Source: Candidatus Moraniibacteriota bacterium (lineage in GTDB: Bacteria; Patescibacteriota; Minisyncoccia; Moranbacterales; UBA2206). Taken from it: a stretch of DNA of 64,000 bases. The stretch spans positions 31,882-95,881 of the forward strand of contig JBBREE010000001.1 in the NCBI GenBank assembly GCA_038203255.1, given 5' to 3'. This document shows, piece by piece, positions 49,608 through 61,693 of this stretch. Below the pieces are notes generated by a model. It searched no databases, had not been told where the DNA came from, and saw only the letters and a program-made list of their open reading frames with translations. A program made the translations under genes and the position numbers. How positions within the stretch are numbered: the stretch's first letter is position 1; every line of letters begins with the position of its first letter.

Positions 49608-50981
49608 CTAATAATCCCTCAGTTTTTTAATCGTAGCGTGATCACGAATTTTTTCCAAAGCCTTGGCTTCAATCTGACGGATGCGCTCGCGCGTCACGCC
49701 AAATTCCTGTCCCACTTCTTCCAAAGTATGCGTCACTCCATCTTCCAATCCAAAACGAATCTTTAAAATCTTTTGTTCGCGTGGAGTCAGATCTTTCAAA
49801 ATTTCGCTCACGTGTTCTTTAAGCATTTTGCGAGAAGCAATTTGATTGGGCATAATCGTTTCGGTGTCTTCGATGAAATCTCCCAAAACACTATCATCAT
49901 CAGAATCCCCCACTGAAGTTTCCAAAGAAACCGTTTCTTGAGAAATTTTTTGGATGTGTCTGATTTTTTCCACTTCCAAATCCATTTCTACCGCAATTTC
50001 TTCCGGCAATGGTTCGCGTCCAAGATCCTGAACCAGGCGACGAGTGATTTGAGTATATTTATTAATCGTTTCCACCATATGCACCGGGATTCTGATTGTT
50101 CTGGATTGATCAGCTAAGGCGCGCGTTACCGCTTGGCGAATCCACCAAGTGGCGTAGGTGGAAAATTTATAACCCTTGCGATAATCAAATTTTTCCACTG
50201 CGCGAAAAAGTCCAATGTTGCCTTCTTGGATAAGATCAAGGAGGGACAGGTTATGTGAACGTCCGACATATTTTTTAGCAATTGAAACTACCAAACGCAA
50301 ATTCGCCTCAGTCAATCTTTGCTTGGCTGCTAAATCTCCTTTTTCGATTCTTTTAGCCAGGCTCACCTCGTCTTCGGTTGTGAGCAAACTCACTCTTCCA
50401 ATTTCTCGCAAATACATTTGTACCAGATCAGAAGAAGAATCATCAGAAGAAGTCATCCCGGAAGTTTTTCGTTCCTTCTTTTTCTTGCTATCTTTTTCCT
50501 TATCCAAATCATCTGAAATCTTATCCGTTTCCATCTTAATGATTTCATCTGAACTGGCCACGCGAACGCTTTTTTGCTCGAGCGCGTCATAAAGCTCCTC
50601 CAGCATCTCAATGTCTTTTTCCGCATCCGGAATAATGTGTAAAATTTCATCCTCAGTCACAAAACCACGTTGTTTTCCTCGATAAACCAAATCCTTAATC
50701 TGGTCGGACTTCCGCTGATTTGCCTCCTCTTTTTTAGTTAATTTTTTTTCGATGACTTTTTTCTCTTTTTTAACTACAGCCTTCTTCGTATTTTTCGCGC
50801 CTTTTTTAATTTGTTTTTTACCCACTTTCTTAACTGTTTTTTTAATTATTTTTTTCAAAACATTTTTAGTTTTACTCTTGGACTTTTTTAAAATATTCTT
50901 ACCAACATTTTTTACTGCCTTTTTCAGCGCAGTTTTTTTTATTTGAGAATCTTTCTTTTTTTGACTTTTGTCTTTCGCCAT
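49608..50981 (-). CDS. rpoD: RNA polymerase primary sigma factor with a 100-aa lysine-rich N-terminal extension
   Basis: Regions 1.2-4 are conserved ([72 protein letters not shown]). N-terminus [22 protein letters not shown]... Confidence 0.95.
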   Translation of the reverse strand: MAKDKSQKKKDSQIKKTALKKAVKNVGKNILKKSKSKTKNVLKKIIKKTVKKVGKKQIKKGAKNTKKAVVKKEKKVIEKKLTKKEEANQRKSDQIKDLVYRGKQRGFVTEDEILHIIPDAEKDIEMLEELYDALEQKSVRVASSDEIIKMETDKISDDLDKEKDSKKKKERKTSGMTSSDDSSSDLVQMYLREIGRVSLLTTEDEVSLAKRIEKGDLAAKQRLTEANLRLVVSIAKKYVGRSHNLSLLDLIQEGNIGLFRAVEKFDYRKGYKFSTYATWWIRQAVTRALADQSRTIRIPVHMVETINKYTQITRRLVQDLGREPLPEEIAVEMDLEVEKIRHIQKISQETVSLETSVGDSDDDSVLGDFIEDTETIMPNQIASRKMLKEHVSEILKDLTPREQKILKIRFGLEDGVTHTLEEVGQEFGVTRERIRQIEAKALEKIRDHATIKKLRDY

Positions 50982-51027
50982 AATAATATAATAATTTTCT
51001 ACGGAAAAATAAATTAAAGATAATTTT

Positions 51028-52827
51028 TTATTCCAATGGATTCGATACTTCTTTGGAAAGTTTATTAAACTCTTCCCGTAAGAAAATAATCGCCGCTTCG
51101 TCTTTTTTCTCTTCTGCTATTTTCAAATCCCCCGCCAAGCGGATCAGGTTATTTTTCCTATTTTCCTTTTTCATTTCATTAAAACAATTTTCTAAATCTT
51201 CAAATGGTTTTTCATCCGCAATTTCTTCCGGATTATTATTAAGTCCAATCCGATATTTTTTTTGAAAAAAAATTCTTTCAATCCGACCCTTCTCTTTGGA
51301 ATCATTTATCTCAGACAATAATTTATCAAAATCAAAAGCTAATTCAGTCCCCCTAAGTATCATTATGTTTAGAAGGCTATCTTTTGAAAAAGAAAGGATA
51401 AAATCCTCTTTCTTTTTGGCCTCCTCCCAAACATCTTTAAAAACAAGCATCAACCCGATAAGCTCCTCTTCTAGAATCTCCATCTTAGTCTTTAAAACGA
51501 TTGCTTCCGGTTCCTTTTCTGTTGGGTGATTATAGCTTACTCTATCTTTAAGACTAATCTTTTTGAAGCTATCCGTCAATGCCGACTCGGCTATTTTTAA
51601 ATCCTGGGAAATCTTTTTGATCCAATGACTTTTCTCCACCGAATTTTCAAAACTGGCAAGAATATCCACACATTCTTCGGCAATCTTTCTTTTATCTTCA
51701 ACTTTTTGACGGTCAAATTTGGCATAAAGTTTTTGCAAAAAATAATCCATCACATTTTGCGATTCATCCACCGCCTTTATCAATTTTTTTGGATCTTCTT
51801 GGACTGTGTCAGCTGCATCTTTTCCGCTAGGTAAAGTCACCACTTCCACCGCTACATCTTTTTCCAAGCAAAGTTTCACACTTTTTTTTGTAGCGGCCTC
51901 CCCAGCCGCATCCATATCAAAAAACATTTTTATCTTCGGCGCGTATCTTTTCACAATATCAATTTGTTCTCCTGTGAGTGCCGTCCCACTGACTGCCACA
52001 ACATTTTTGAGTCCCGCTTGGCTCGCGGCAATTACATCCATATTTCCCTCTACTAAAAGAGTAAAGTTGCTTTTCTTGATAGCCTCTTTCGCCCTATCGA
52101 TTCCATAGAGAATTTTGCTTTTATGATAGACTTGTGTTTCGGGAGTATTAACATATTTAGCTTGCGATTCGTCTCCTCCCGGCTCTACGCGAGCGCTATA
52201 GCCAACTACGCGCCCCATGTAGTCTCTGACTGGGAACATCACTCGTTCTCTGAAGCGATCGTAATAATCAGACGTATTTTCCTTTTTTATAATTAGCCCG
52301 GTAGCTAAAATTTCTTGATTGGAAAAGCCCCGTTCATTCAAAAAATCCACCATATTCCGCCAACCCTTCGGGGCATACCCCAGGCGGAATTCTTTACTTG
52401 TTTCATCTTTTATTCCGCGTTCCTGCAAGTATTTAACAATTTTATTTTTTCCCGCACCATTCCACAATTGATGTTCATACCATTTAGTCGCTAGTTCTAA
52501 AATCTCCAGCGTTCGATCTTTTTTCTTGGATGCTTCCGGATCATAATCGGCCAATTTTACTCCGGCTTTTTCGGCTAAAATCTTTAAAGCCTCCCGAAAA
52601 TCCAGCCCATCCATTTCCATCACAAAAGCAAAAATGTCTCCACTTTTTTGACAACCGAAACAATGCCACATCTGCCGTTCTTCGCTGACCATAAAAGACG
52701 GGCTTTTTTCATTGTGAAAAGGACAAAGCGCCCGGAAATTATTCCCGGCCTTTTCCAAGCGGATATAATCACCTAAAACATCGACAATGTTGAGGCGACT
52801 TTTTATCTCATGAGTGTCGTTATTCAA
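51028..52827 (-). CDS. dnaG: DNA primase
   Basis: Zinc finger [11 protein letters not shown]...CFGC, a TOPRIM domain (EGNMDV...DMDAAG), and a C-terminal helicase-interaction region. Confidence 0.9.
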   Translation of the reverse strand: MNNDTHEIKSRLNIVDVLGDYIRLEKAGNNFRALCPFHNEKSPSFMVSEERQMWHCFGCQKSGDIFAFVMEMDGLDFREALKILAEKAGVKLADYDPEASKKKDRTLEILELATKWYEHQLWNGAGKNKIVKYLQERGIKDETSKEFRLGYAPKGWRNMVDFLNERGFSNQEILATGLIIKKENTSDYYDRFRERVMFPVRDYMGRVVGYSARVEPGGDESQAKYVNTPETQVYHKSKILYGIDRAKEAIKKSNFTLLVEGNMDVIAASQAGLKNVVAVSGTALTGEQIDIVKRYAPKIKMFFDMDAAGEAATKKSVKLCLEKDVAVEVVTLPSGKDAADTVQEDPKKLIKAVDESQNVMDYFLQKLYAKFDRQKVEDKRKIAEECVDILASFENSVEKSHWIKKISQDLKIAESALTDSFKKISLKDRVSYNHPTEKEPEAIVLKTKMEILEEELIGLMLVFKDVWEEAKKKEDFILSFSKDSLLNIMILRGTELAFDFDKLLSEINDSKEKGRIERIFFQKKYRIGLNNNPEEIADEKPFEDLENCFNEMKKENRKNNLIRLAGDLKIAEEKKDEAAIIFLREEFNKLSKEVSNPLE

Positions 52828-52999
52828 ATTGGTATTGGGCTATTTTTGATTAATCTTTCTCACACCTTAATCGTACTATAATACAGAAAAACAAGCAAAA
52901 TATTGCAAAAAATGACTTTCCTCTCCCTGATTTTATCAAAAAACGCTCCTTGCAACCGCGAAGCGTTTTTTGTATCTCAGTTATAATCTGTCTAATAAA

Positions 53000-55900
53000 C
53001 TAGCCCTTATACCCAGTTCCCGCCGGGATAAGACGACCGATAATCACATTTTCTTTGAGACCTCGCAGTTTATCTTCCTTGCCTTTGACAGCGGCGTTAA
53101 TAAGTACGCGAGCTGTTTCTTGGAAAGACGCTGCAGAAAGGAAACTATCAGTTGAAAGAGCCACCTTAGTGATACCCAAAAGAAGAGTTTCCCCTTCGGC
53201 TGCTTCCTGACCGGCTTCTTTCATCTTAAGGTTACTTTCAAGGAAATCATCTTTTTCCACAATATCCCCCATCGAGAATAAACTGTCGCCTTCCGTCAGG
53301 ATTTGCACTCGGCTAAACATCTGGCGCACAATCACTTCAATGTGTTTATCATTGATAGCTTCACCTTGAGAGGCATACACTTCCTGAATTTCTCGAATGA
53401 TATAGCGGTAAACTGCTTCCCAACCCATAGTTTTGTAAAGTTTTCTTAAATCCACATGACCTTCTGAAAGCTGAGAACCCATTCCAACCAATTCTCCTTC
53501 CGCCACTTTCAAAGTACTGCCAGTAGGAATTTGATATTCTTTGATGGTCTTTTCTTTATCCTCCGCTTCAATTTTAACAATCACATTCTTATCTTGATTT
53601 TCAATCGCAAGCACTTTGCCGGAAACTTCCGTGATGATAGCTTCACCTTTCGGAGGACGTGCCTCAAAAATTTCTTCCACACGCGGGAGTCCCTGGGTAA
53701 TGTCAGAACCAGCGATTCCTCCAATATGGAAAGTACGCATAGTCAGCTGTGTTCCCGGCTCTCCAATAGCTTGAGCCGCCACAATTCCGACTGCCTGCCC
53801 GATTTCCACTAGGTTTCCTCGTCCAAGGTCTGCTCCATAGCATTTCTGGCAAACTCCACGCACAGTCTTACAAGTCACAACACTTCTAATCTTAGCTTTT
53901 TCCACGCCGGATTTTTCAATTATATCTCCCTGCTTCTTATTCACTAAGGTTCCCTTTTCTACAATCACTTCTCCGCTTTTTGGATCAATCAAATCCTCCA
54001 CCAAAACTCGGCCCACTACTCGAGAGGAAAAGATTTGTCCAATACGATCGGAGTCTTCTTTAAAAATATAAATTCCTTCCTTATCCTTACAGTCATTTTC
54101 TTTCACAATCACATCTTGAGAAACATCAACCAAACGACGAGTCAAATATCCGGCCGTCGCGGTTCGAAGAGCGGTGTCCGCCATACCTTTTCTGGCTCCA
54201 TGAGTAGAAATGAAATATTCCAAAACATTCAAACCTTCTTTGAAGGAACTCTTAATTGGCAGTTCAATGGTTTCTCCGGTTGGTCCGGCCATAAGACCTT
54301 TCATACCAGCCATCTGCACTACCACTGATTCCGATCCACGAGCTTTAGAATAGACCATAGAATAAACCGGGCCTTCCTTATCCATCGAAGCTCGCACTTC
54401 ATCTGTAATTTTATTTTTGGCATTATTCCAAATTTCAATCACTTTGCTTTTTCTTTCTTCTTCGGTCAAAAGTCCCATATTAAATTGTTTCTTGATCACT
54501 TCCACTTCTTCCTCAGCTTTGTCCATGATAGCTGGTTTATTTTTCGGCACTTCCAAGTCGCCCATTCCCCAACTAATTCCAGACTTAGTTACTGACTCAA
54601 AACCGAGGTCCTTTATTTTATCCACAAAAATAGCTGTTTCTTCGCGACCGCAAACTTCAAGCACAGTAGCTACTAATCCCTTCAATTCCTTTTTGGTCAT
54701 CTCCATATTAATGTATCCCAATTCATCAGGAATGATGAAATTCAATTTAATTCTACCGATAGAAGTTTCCAGTAACTCTCCCTTATACGAAACCTTAATT
54801 TTAGCTCGAATGTCAACATATCCCAATTCGCTAGCCAACACGGCTTCATCAAAGCTGGAAAAAATCTTTCCTTCTCCTTTTGCTCCGGGCAAGATATGGG
54901 AAATGTAATAGCATCCCAAAACCATGTCCAAAGTTGGAGTGGTAATCGGCTCTCCACTGGCCGGCTTCAAAAGATTTTTAGAACTTAACATTAAATTTTC
55001 AGATTCCCAACGAGCTTTATCAGTGAGTGGCACATGCACTGCCATCTGGTCACCATCGAAGTCAGCGTTAAAGGCGGAGCATACCATCGGGTGAACCTGA
55101 ATAGCTTTTCCTTCAATCAAAATCGGCTGGAAAGCCTGAATAGAAAGACGATGTAAGGTCGGAGCGCGATTCAAAAGGACATAGTGATGAGAAATAATTT
55201 CATCCAAAATATCATAAGCCTCTTCTGACTCAGCTTCTACCATTTTTCCGGCAGATCTCACATTATACGCCAATTCTCTTTCGATTAATTTATTGATAAT
55301 GAAAGGCTTGAAAAGCTCCAAAGCCATTCTTTTTGGCAAACCGCATTGATTGAGTTTCAATTTTGGTCCAACTACGATAACTGAACGTCCGGAATAGTCT
55401 ACGCGTTTTCCGAGCAAGTTCTGACGAAAGCGTCCTTGTTTACCTTTCAACGTATCAGCTAAAGACCTCAGAGCTCGACGTTGTCCGGTTGAAGCTGCTA
55501 CGCTCACCTGAGAGCGTCTAGCGCTATTGTCGAACAAGGCGTCCACTGCTTCTTGAAGCATACGCTTTTCATTTCGAGTAATCACTTCCGGTGCACCAAT
55601 TTCAATCAACTTTTTAAGACGATTATTGCGGTTGATGATTCGACGATACAGGTCATTAAGGTCACTTGTAGCATAACGGCCACCATCAAGCGCCACCATC
55701 GGACGAAGGTCCGGTGGGATAATCGGGATAATAGTGCAAAGCATCCACTCCATCTTCATTCCAGCTGATTGAAAACCTTGGAATAATTTTATCCGTTTAA
55801 AAACCTTTTTTCTGTCTTGAACCTCTTCGCTATCCAAAAGTTTTTTTAGTTTCTCGATTTCTTCTGCAAGATCCATTTTTTCCAAAATGTTCCGGATAGC

Positions 55901-56584
55901 TTCTGCTCCGATTCCAGCTGAAAAAACCTGCGCATATTTCATCGATAGATTAAAATATTCTATCTCGGAAATAATCTGCAATTTGTGAATACTTTTCAAT
56001 TCGTCTTTGGAAGTTTTATAAATACTTTTCAGCTCTTCTATCTTGTCTTTCGCTTCGCCATTACCATCCCCAAAATTCTTACTGATTTCTTTTTGTTTAC
56101 TTCTATATTCTTGTTCCAGACTAGCTAGGGCTTTTTCCCTCTCATTTTCATCCACACTTAAAACTATGTAGCTAGAAAAATATACTACCTTTTCCAAGCT
56201 TTGCACACCGATACCAAGCGCCAAGCCAATTTTAGAAGGCACACCACGTAAAAACCAAATATGAGAAACAGGTACAGCTAATTTAATGTGTCCCATTCTC
56301 TCTCGACGAACAATCGAGCGTGTCACTTCAACTCCGCATTTGTCGCAAACGATACCTTTATAGCGAATACGCTTATATTTTCCACAATAACATTCCCAGT
56401 CTTTGGAAGGACCAAAAATCTTCTCGTCGAAAAGCCCTTCGCGTTCATAACGCTGGGTGCGGTAATTTATTGTCTCCGGCTTCGTCACTTCACCATGAGA
56501 CCATTCCAATAAGTTCTCCGGACTAGCGATACTCAGTCTGACGCTACTGAAATCGCTTATTTTGGTTGTAGAAAAAGAATCCAT
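53000..56584 (-). CDS. rpoC: DNA-directed RNA polymerase subunit beta'
   Basis: Zinc-binding [29 protein letters not shown] catalytic motif, 1194 aa. Confidence 0.97.
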   Translation of the reverse strand: MDSFSTTKISDFSSVRLSIASPENLLEWSHGEVTKPETINYRTQRYEREGLFDEKIFGPSKDWECYCGKYKRIRYKGIVCDKCGVEVTRSIVRRERMGHIKLAVPVSHIWFLRGVPSKIGLALGIGVQSLEKVVYFSSYIVLSVDENEREKALASLEQEYRSKQKEISKNFGDGNGEAKDKIEELKSIYKTSKDELKSIHKLQIISEIEYFNLSMKYAQVFSAGIGAEAIRNILEKMDLAEEIEKLKKLLDSEEVQDRKKVFKRIKLFQGFQSAGMKMEWMLCTIIPIIPPDLRPMVALDGGRYATSDLNDLYRRIINRNNRLKKLIEIGAPEVITRNEKRMLQEAVDALFDNSARRSQVSVAASTGQRRALRSLADTLKGKQGRFRQNLLGKRVDYSGRSVIVVGPKLKLNQCGLPKRMALELFKPFIINKLIERELAYNVRSAGKMVEAESEEAYDILDEIISHHYVLLNRAPTLHRLSIQAFQPILIEGKAIQVHPMVCSAFNADFDGDQMAVHVPLTDKARWESENLMLSSKNLLKPASGEPITTPTLDMVLGCYYISHILPGAKGEGKIFSSFDEAVLASELGYVDIRAKIKVSYKGELLETSIGRIKLNFIIPDELGYINMEMTKKELKGLVATVLEVCGREETAIFVDKIKDLGFESVTKSGISWGMGDLEVPKNKPAIMDKAEEEVEVIKKQFNMGLLTEEERKSKVIEIWNNAKNKITDEVRASMDKEGPVYSMVYSKARGSESVVVQMAGMKGLMAGPTGETIELPIKSSFKEGLNVLEYFISTHGARKGMADTALRTATAGYLTRRLVDVSQDVIVKENDCKDKEGIYIFKEDSDRIGQIFSSRVVGRVLVEDLIDPKSGEVIVEKGTLVNKKQGDIIEKSGVEKAKIRSVVTCKTVRGVCQKCYGADLGRGNLVEIGQAVGIVAAQAIGEPGTQLTMRTFHIGGIAGSDITQGLPRVEEIFEARPPKGEAIITEVSGKVLAIENQDKNVIVKIEAEDKEKTIKEYQIPTGSTLKVAEGELVGMGSQLSEGHVDLRKLYKTMGWEAVYRYIIREIQEVYASQGEAINDKHIEVIVRQMFSRVQILTEGDSLFSMGDIVEKDDFLESNLKMKEAGQEAAEGETLLLGITKVALSTDSFLSAASFQETARVLINAAVKGKEDKLRGLKENVIIGRLIPAGTGYKG

Positions 56585-56621
56585 AGAAGTAGATATACTA
56601 AGTTATTTAAAAAATTTATAC

Positions 56622-59600
56622 TTATGCATTATTTTGCTCTTCTTTCTTCACATCCTCATCATCTTCTGTAATTTCTTTTTTCGCTCCTGTCAGTTCTACA
56701 TTAAGCCCGAGTCCTTTAAGTTCACTCACCAGTACATGGAAAGAAGCAGGGATATTGGGGCTCTTAATCACTTCACCTTTAATGATTGACTCATAAGCCT
56801 TACTTCGGCCCATTACATCATCGGATTTAATGGTCAACATTTCTTGCAAGGTATAGGCAGCTCCATAACCTTCCAAGGCCCACACTTCCATTTCTCCAAA
56901 CCGCTGCCCTCCAAATTGCGCTTTTCCTCCAAGAGGTTGCTGGGTAATTAAGGAATATGGTCCGATTGAACGCATATGAATCTTGTCGTCCACCAAATGA
57001 TGGAGCTTCATCACATACATCACACCCACAGTTGACTCGTTATCGAAAAATTCACCAGATCTACCGTTAATCAATTTGATCTTACCTTTTTCCGGTAGCC
57101 CAGCCTTTATCAGCTCTTCACGAATCTGAACTTCAGTCACTCCATCAAGTGGGGCTGTCGCCGCCTTATAACCAAGTTTTAAAGCTGCCCAACCAAGATG
57201 AGTTTCCAAAATCTGACCGATATTCATACGACTAGCCACACCCAACGGATTTAAAATCATATCCACTGGTGTACCGTCCGGCAAATATGGCATATCTTCC
57301 ACTGGAGCCACGCGAGAAATCACACCTTTGTTTCCATGTCGTCCAGCCAACTTGTCTCCCACGGAGATTTTCTTAAGTTGAGCCACACTAACTTGAATTT
57401 GTTGAATCACGCCGGTTGAAAGCTTGTCTCCCTGTTCTCTGGAAAAAATCTTAATATCCACCACTTTGCCATATTCTCCATGTGGTAAATATAGGGAACT
57501 GTCCTTCACGTCTCTAGATTTTTCTCCAAAAATAGCACGCAGTAATCGTTCTTCACTCGTCAAATCACCTTCGCCTTTCGGAGAAATTTTTCCCACCAAA
57601 ATATCACCACTCGCCACTTCCGCTCCAATGCGGATAATCCCTGTTTCATCCAGATTTTTTAGTCTATCTTCTCCGATATTTGGGATATCACGAGTCACAA
57701 CCTCCGGTCCAAGTTTAGTATCACGTACATCGATAGAAAAATCCTCAATATGAATGGAGCTATAACGATCATCTTGCACTAATTTTTCAGAAATGATGAT
57801 TGCATCTTCATAGTTGGATCCTTCCCATGGAATAAAAGCTACTAGAATATTTTGTCCTAAAGACAATTCTCCATTATCTGTCGAAGCACCATCCGCCAAA
57901 AGTTGACCTCTTTTCACCGTCTGTCCTTTGTCTACTCGCGGAATCTGATTCATTGAAGTGAAAGCATTGGATTTTACAAAAGTTTGCAAACGATATTCTC
58001 TTTTGATAAATGGTTTTTTTGCACCGACTGGAGCCGCTTCTTTGACAATAATATGATCAGCGTCCACTTCGATGACTTCTCCGTCTGCTTTAGAAATAAC
58101 CACTTGTCCGCTGTCAGCCGCTGCTTTGTCTTCAATACCTGTACCAACTAATGGGGCCTCAGGTTTGACACAAGACACTGCCTGGCGTTGCATATTTGAA
58201 CCCATAAGAGCACGGTTAGCATCATCATGTTCCAAAAATGGGATAAGAGCTGTGGCTACTGAGATACATTGTTTAGCACTCACATCAATATAATCAAGTT
58301 TAGAAGCCTCAATTTCTGTGGCCTGACTTTTCACTCTCGCTCCCAAAATTTCCGCCACAATGTTGCCGTCATCATCCACATCAATGCCGCTATGCGCGAT
58401 AGTTTTTCGGTCTTCTTTAGTCGCATTTAAATAATCAATTTCTTGGCTTATCCAAGGTTTGATTTGAATAGTTTTTTTACCTTTAATTTTGGAAATTTCT
58501 TTAGCCATTTCCTCTGTTATTTTCGTTCCAGCGGTATATTTTTCGACGTTTTCTTTAAGAATTTTTCCAACTAATAATTCCTCCTTGTTTTCCATTTCAT
58601 GGTAAATTTTAAGATAAGGAGTTTCTAAAAATCCATAATCATTCACTTTGGTATAAGTTGCCAAATGGCCGACCAGTCCAATATTTGGTCCTTCCGGAGT
58701 TTCTACCGGACAAATTCTACCATAGTGAGAAGGATGCACATCGCGCACTTCAAATCCGGCTCTCTCACGAGTCAGACCTCCTGGTCCCATAGCACTAATA
58801 CGACGCTTATGTTCCAACTCGGCCAAAGGATTAACCTGGTCCATAAATTGAGATAACTGTGAAGAGGAAAAAAATTCTTTAATGGAAGCTGCAATTGGAC
58901 GAGAATTGACCAATTGTCCCGGGACAACAGTGATAATGTCGCAAGTACTCATGCGATCTTTGATGTTTCTGGCAGTTCTGGCAAAACCCACTCTTAATTT
59001 ATTTTGAATAAGTTCACCAACTGAGCGGACACGGCGATTCCCCAAATGGTCAATATCATCCGCCACTGCTGTCGGATCATTGTTCAGACGAATAATTTCC
59101 TTAATGATAAGGATTAAATCTTCTCGAGTCAGAATTCGATGAGCTTCATCATCCGGGCTTTCCACTTCCAATCTCTGATTTAAGCGGTAACGTCCCACTC
59201 CACCAAAGTCGTATTTCTCAAAACCGAAAAACATCGAGTCCACCACTTGTTTAGCGTTCGATTCAGTCGCCAAGTCTCCTGGACGAATTCTCTTATATAC
59301 TTCTTTATACCCTTCTCCTTGATTTTTAGTGACGTCTTTTTCAATGGTCTTTTCAATATAGCTTATTTCACCATTATCCGTATCCTTAAAGAGGGCCAAA
59401 ATTTCCTTATCAGTTGAATAACCAAAAGCCCGCAAAAGAGAGGTAATGGCAATTTTTCTCTTACGGTCAATTTTCACAAAAATCGCTCCATCAAAATCGG
59501 TTTCAAGTTCCAGCCAAGCTCCGCGATTAGGAATGATTTTAGCTCCAAAAAGTTTTTTACTTTTCAGATAGTTCATCATGAAAAAAACGCCCGGGGATCG

Positions 59601-60044
59601 GATGATCTGGCTAACCACAACTCTTTCTACTCCATTTATAATAAAGGTTCCTCTTTCAGTCATCAAAGGAAAATCTCCCAAATAGACTTCTTGTTCCTTC
59701 ACTTCGCCGGTTTTTTTAATCGTCAATTTCACTTTGCATCGAAGCGGGGCTTCAAAGGAAATATTTTTGTTCTTAGCCATCACTTCGTCATATTTCGGTT
59801 CGTCTAAATAGTACTCTCCAAAAGTCAATTCCAAGTCTTTTTCGGTAAAGTCGGTGATTGGGTTAACTTCCTGCAAAAGATCCTTGAGTCCTTTTTCCAA
59901 GAACCAATCGTACGAATCTGTTTGCGATTCGATCAGATTTGGCAAAGAAACCATATTCATGGTTTTGAAAAACTTTCTTTTCGAGAGAGACGACCCAGAG
60001 CTGAAGACCTTTTTGACTTTTAACTGCTTTTCGATTTTAGTCAT
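56622..60044 (-). CDS. rpoB: DNA-directed RNA polymerase subunit beta
   Basis: Canonical beta-subunit blocks (GRHGNKGV, PFGGQRFGEMEVWALEGYGAA...). The ORF-track start at 60059 is GTG; the ATG of MTKIEKQ at 60044 is preferred. Confidence 0.97.
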   Translation of the reverse strand: MTKIEKQLKVKKVFSSGSSLSKRKFFKTMNMVSLPNLIESQTDSYDWFLEKGLKDLLQEVNPITDFTEKDLELTFGEYYLDEPKYDEVMAKNKNISFEAPLRCKVKLTIKKTGEVKEQEVYLGDFPLMTERGTFIINGVERVVVSQIIRSPGVFFMMNYLKSKKLFGAKIIPNRGAWLELETDFDGAIFVKIDRKRKIAITSLLRAFGYSTDKEILALFKDTDNGEISYIEKTIEKDVTKNQGEGYKEVYKRIRPGDLATESNAKQVVDSMFFGFEKYDFGGVGRYRLNQRLEVESPDDEAHRILTREDLILIIKEIIRLNNDPTAVADDIDHLGNRRVRSVGELIQNKLRVGFARTARNIKDRMSTCDIITVVPGQLVNSRPIAASIKEFFSSSQLSQFMDQVNPLAELEHKRRISAMGPGGLTRERAGFEVRDVHPSHYGRICPVETPEGPNIGLVGHLATYTKVNDYGFLETPYLKIYHEMENKEELLVGKILKENVEKYTAGTKITEEMAKEISKIKGKKTIQIKPWISQEIDYLNATKEDRKTIAHSGIDVDDDGNIVAEILGARVKSQATEIEASKLDYIDVSAKQCISVATALIPFLEHDDANRALMGSNMQRQAVSCVKPEAPLVGTGIEDKAAADSGQVVISKADGEVIEVDADHIIVKEAAPVGAKKPFIKREYRLQTFVKSNAFTSMNQIPRVDKGQTVKRGQLLADGASTDNGELSLGQNILVAFIPWEGSNYEDAIIISEKLVQDDRYSSIHIEDFSIDVRDTKLGPEVVTRDIPNIGEDRLKNLDETGIIRIGAEVASGDILVGKISPKGEGDLTSEERLLRAIFGEKSRDVKDSSLYLPHGEYGKVVDIKIFSREQGDKLSTGVIQQIQVSVAQLKKISVGDKLAGRHGNKGVISRVAPVEDMPYLPDGTPVDMILNPLGVASRMNIGQILETHLGWAALKLGYKAATAPLDGVTEVQIREELIKAGLPEKGKIKLINGRSGEFFDNESTVGVMYVMKLHHLVDDKIHMRSIGPYSLITQQPLGGKAQFGGQRFGEMEVWALEGYGAAYTLQEMLTIKSDDVMGRSKAYESIIKGEVIKSPNIPASFHVLVSELKGLGLNVELTGAKKEITEDDEDVKKEEQNNA

Positions 60045-60364
60045 AAAAATAACGCCCACTTTGCATGTCTTCGGTGAATTTTACCCTAAAGACAAAGCAA
60101 CGCGATTGGGATTATGAAAAAGTATTTAATTATTTGACTTTATTATTCAGAATTTTGCAATCCTAGGATTCACATCCCAAGACATAAAAAGCTATAATTT
60201 TGATGTATTGCCATTATACACGAACCGAAAAATAATGCAAGTGCCTTGCAGTCCAGATTCACCCGTTAAATTGTATTTACTGTTTTTATGAGAGTTTTTC
60301 GTCACTTTCTACTCTCTTATCCCTATTTTACCCCCCTCAAAAAAATCTGTCAAGCCGTTTTTTC

Positions 60365-60625
60365 TTAAAATTTAGCGTTCCACGCGTTAGCTACCGCTTT
60401 AGCCAATCGAGTGGTGGTAAAAGCATCACTCTCATCACTTTCAACCCGCACCTTTTTTGCATCCTGCGAGGCTAGTTTATTTCTTTTGAGCAACTTATCA
60501 ATTTCCGGCAAAAGTTTTTGGGACAAACTATGCTCTTCCACGATTTCCAGCGTGTCTTTTTCCATCTTCTTGTCCCAAAGCGCCACCTTCACCTTTTTTT
60601 CCTTAATTGTAATCAATATTTCCAT
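60365..60625 (-). CDS. short TsaB/YeaZ N-terminal-domain-like protein (86 aa), tentative
   Basis: MEILITIKEKKVKVALWDKK...EHSLSQKLLPEIDKLLKRNKL...DAFTTTRLAKAVANAWN parallels TsaB (MRILAIDTAT..VALL...HSERLLPMIDELL...GPGSFTGVRIGIAxAKGLA), but the GPGS loop is replaced by ESDES and the C-terminal half is missing. Confidence 0.35.
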   Translation of the reverse strand: MEILITIKEKKVKVALWDKKMEKDTLEIVEEHSLSQKLLPEIDKLLKRNKLASQDAKKVRVESDESDAFTTTRLAKAVANAWNAKF

Positions 60626-60650
60626 AGCCGAATCAAATTTACCCAATTAA

Positions 60651-61442
60651 CTAATCAACTTTTCCCCCGACTTTTCCCCAATCAAACCCCCAAGAATCTG
60701 TTTTTCTCCCCGGAGCAATGTCAGAGTGGCCCAGGACATATTTTATCTTATACTCACTCTTCAAATAATTCAAGAGACTTTTGAGAGCCGAGTATTGAGC
60801 GCTATTCGGACTTTCACTTTCTGTTTCCACAATTTCAATGCCCAGTGAAAAATCATTGACGTTCGTCCGACCGTCCGGCACTTTGGAAACTCCGGCGTGA
60901 TAGGCGATATTTTGATCTTTCACTAGGCGGCTTACTTTCCCGGCTCTATCAATGATATAGTGAGGAGAAACCCCGGCCGGTTTGTATTCTTTGTTAATGA
61001 TATCATCCAAATTATGCTCGTCACTCCCAACGGCATTATACGATGAATGAATGATAATTGTGTCAATCTTCCTCCCACTGGACGTCGCAAACCCCCAACT
61101 AACCAGGCGGTCGGTTATTTTTAATTTTGCAGGCTCTGTAGGTGCTGTAGATGTTGTAGGTGTTTTGAGTTGGGCGGATGTGCTACCTGCAATGCTTTGT
61201 GCTTTAGAGGTCTCTGTAGAGGACTCTATGGGGTCCTCTATTTTTTGCACATTATCAATTTTTTGTTCATTATTATTAGTATTATTGTTCATATCGTTCG
61301 CCTGTTCGTTCGCATTATTCACATCATTTCCGCTGTTAAGACTAATTTCAGTTTTTTTAGAAGCACCCCCTAAAGAACAGCCGGAAAAAAGCAGAGTGAT
61401 TAAAATAATGACCAGAAATTTAAGTTTAAAATATTTTTGCAT
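60651..61442 (-). CDS. N-acetylmuramoyl-L-alanine amidase (Amidase_2/PGRP domain) lipoprotein
   Basis: Lipobox LLFSGCS, low-complexity N/T-rich linker, then IIIHSS...IAYHAG...LGIEIV...YVLGHSDIAPGRKTD. Confidence 0.75.
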   Translation of the reverse strand: MQKYFKLKFLVIILITLLFSGCSLGGASKKTEISLNSGNDVNNANEQANDMNNNTNNNEQKIDNVQKIEDPIESSTETSKAQSIAGSTSAQLKTPTTSTAPTEPAKLKITDRLVSWGFATSSGRKIDTIIIHSSYNAVGSDEHNLDDIINKEYKPAGVSPHYIIDRAGKVSRLVKDQNIAYHAGVSKVPDGRTNVNDFSLGIEIVETESESPNSAQYSALKSLLNYLKSEYKIKYVLGHSDIAPGRKTDSWGFDWGKVGGKVD

Positions 61443-61492
61443 AGTTCTATTCTAGCATAAAAAATTATCCCCGACATTTTTAATCTTCCCAT

Positions 61493-61525
61493 AAGAAAAA
61501 GCTTCCAATTTGGAAGCTTTTTCTT
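61493..61525 (-). terminator. hairpin terminator 3' of tRNA-Gly
   Basis: aagcttccaa-at-ttggaagctt with flanking A/T runs. Confidence 0.5.
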
Positions 61526-61527
61526 TT

Positions 61528-61602
61528 TGGAGCGGGTAGGGGGAATCGAACCCCCCTCCTCAGCTTGGAAGGCTGATATAATAGCCACTATACGACACCC
61601 GC
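61528..61602 (-). tRNA. tRNA-Gly (TCC), CCA encoded
   Basis: Minus-strand cloverleaf: acceptor GCGGGTG/TACCCGC (G-U at 7), anticodon stem TCAGC/GCTGA with loop CTTCCAA (anticodon TCC), T-arm GGGGG-TTCGATT-CCCCC, discriminator T, then CCA. Confidence 0.85.
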
Positions 61603-61693
61603 ATATTTTCTTTACTTCTAGAATTCTAAACGAGAAACAAAAAATTGTCCAGCGCTGAAAAATCAGGACAACTTTTGGCTAAAATTTTATCCA

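Noticed and set aside
53000-60059. Numerous 60-170-aa ORFs inside and antisense to rpoB and rpoC, and similar ones inside the RND pump, ftsK and copA
   Set aside because: They are nested in highly conserved long genes and are typical low-complexity antisense ORFs in AT-rich DNA.
61400-61588. 62-aa ORF on the minus strand
   Set aside because: It overlaps the well-folded tRNA-Gly (61528-61602) and its terminator, so it is spurious.
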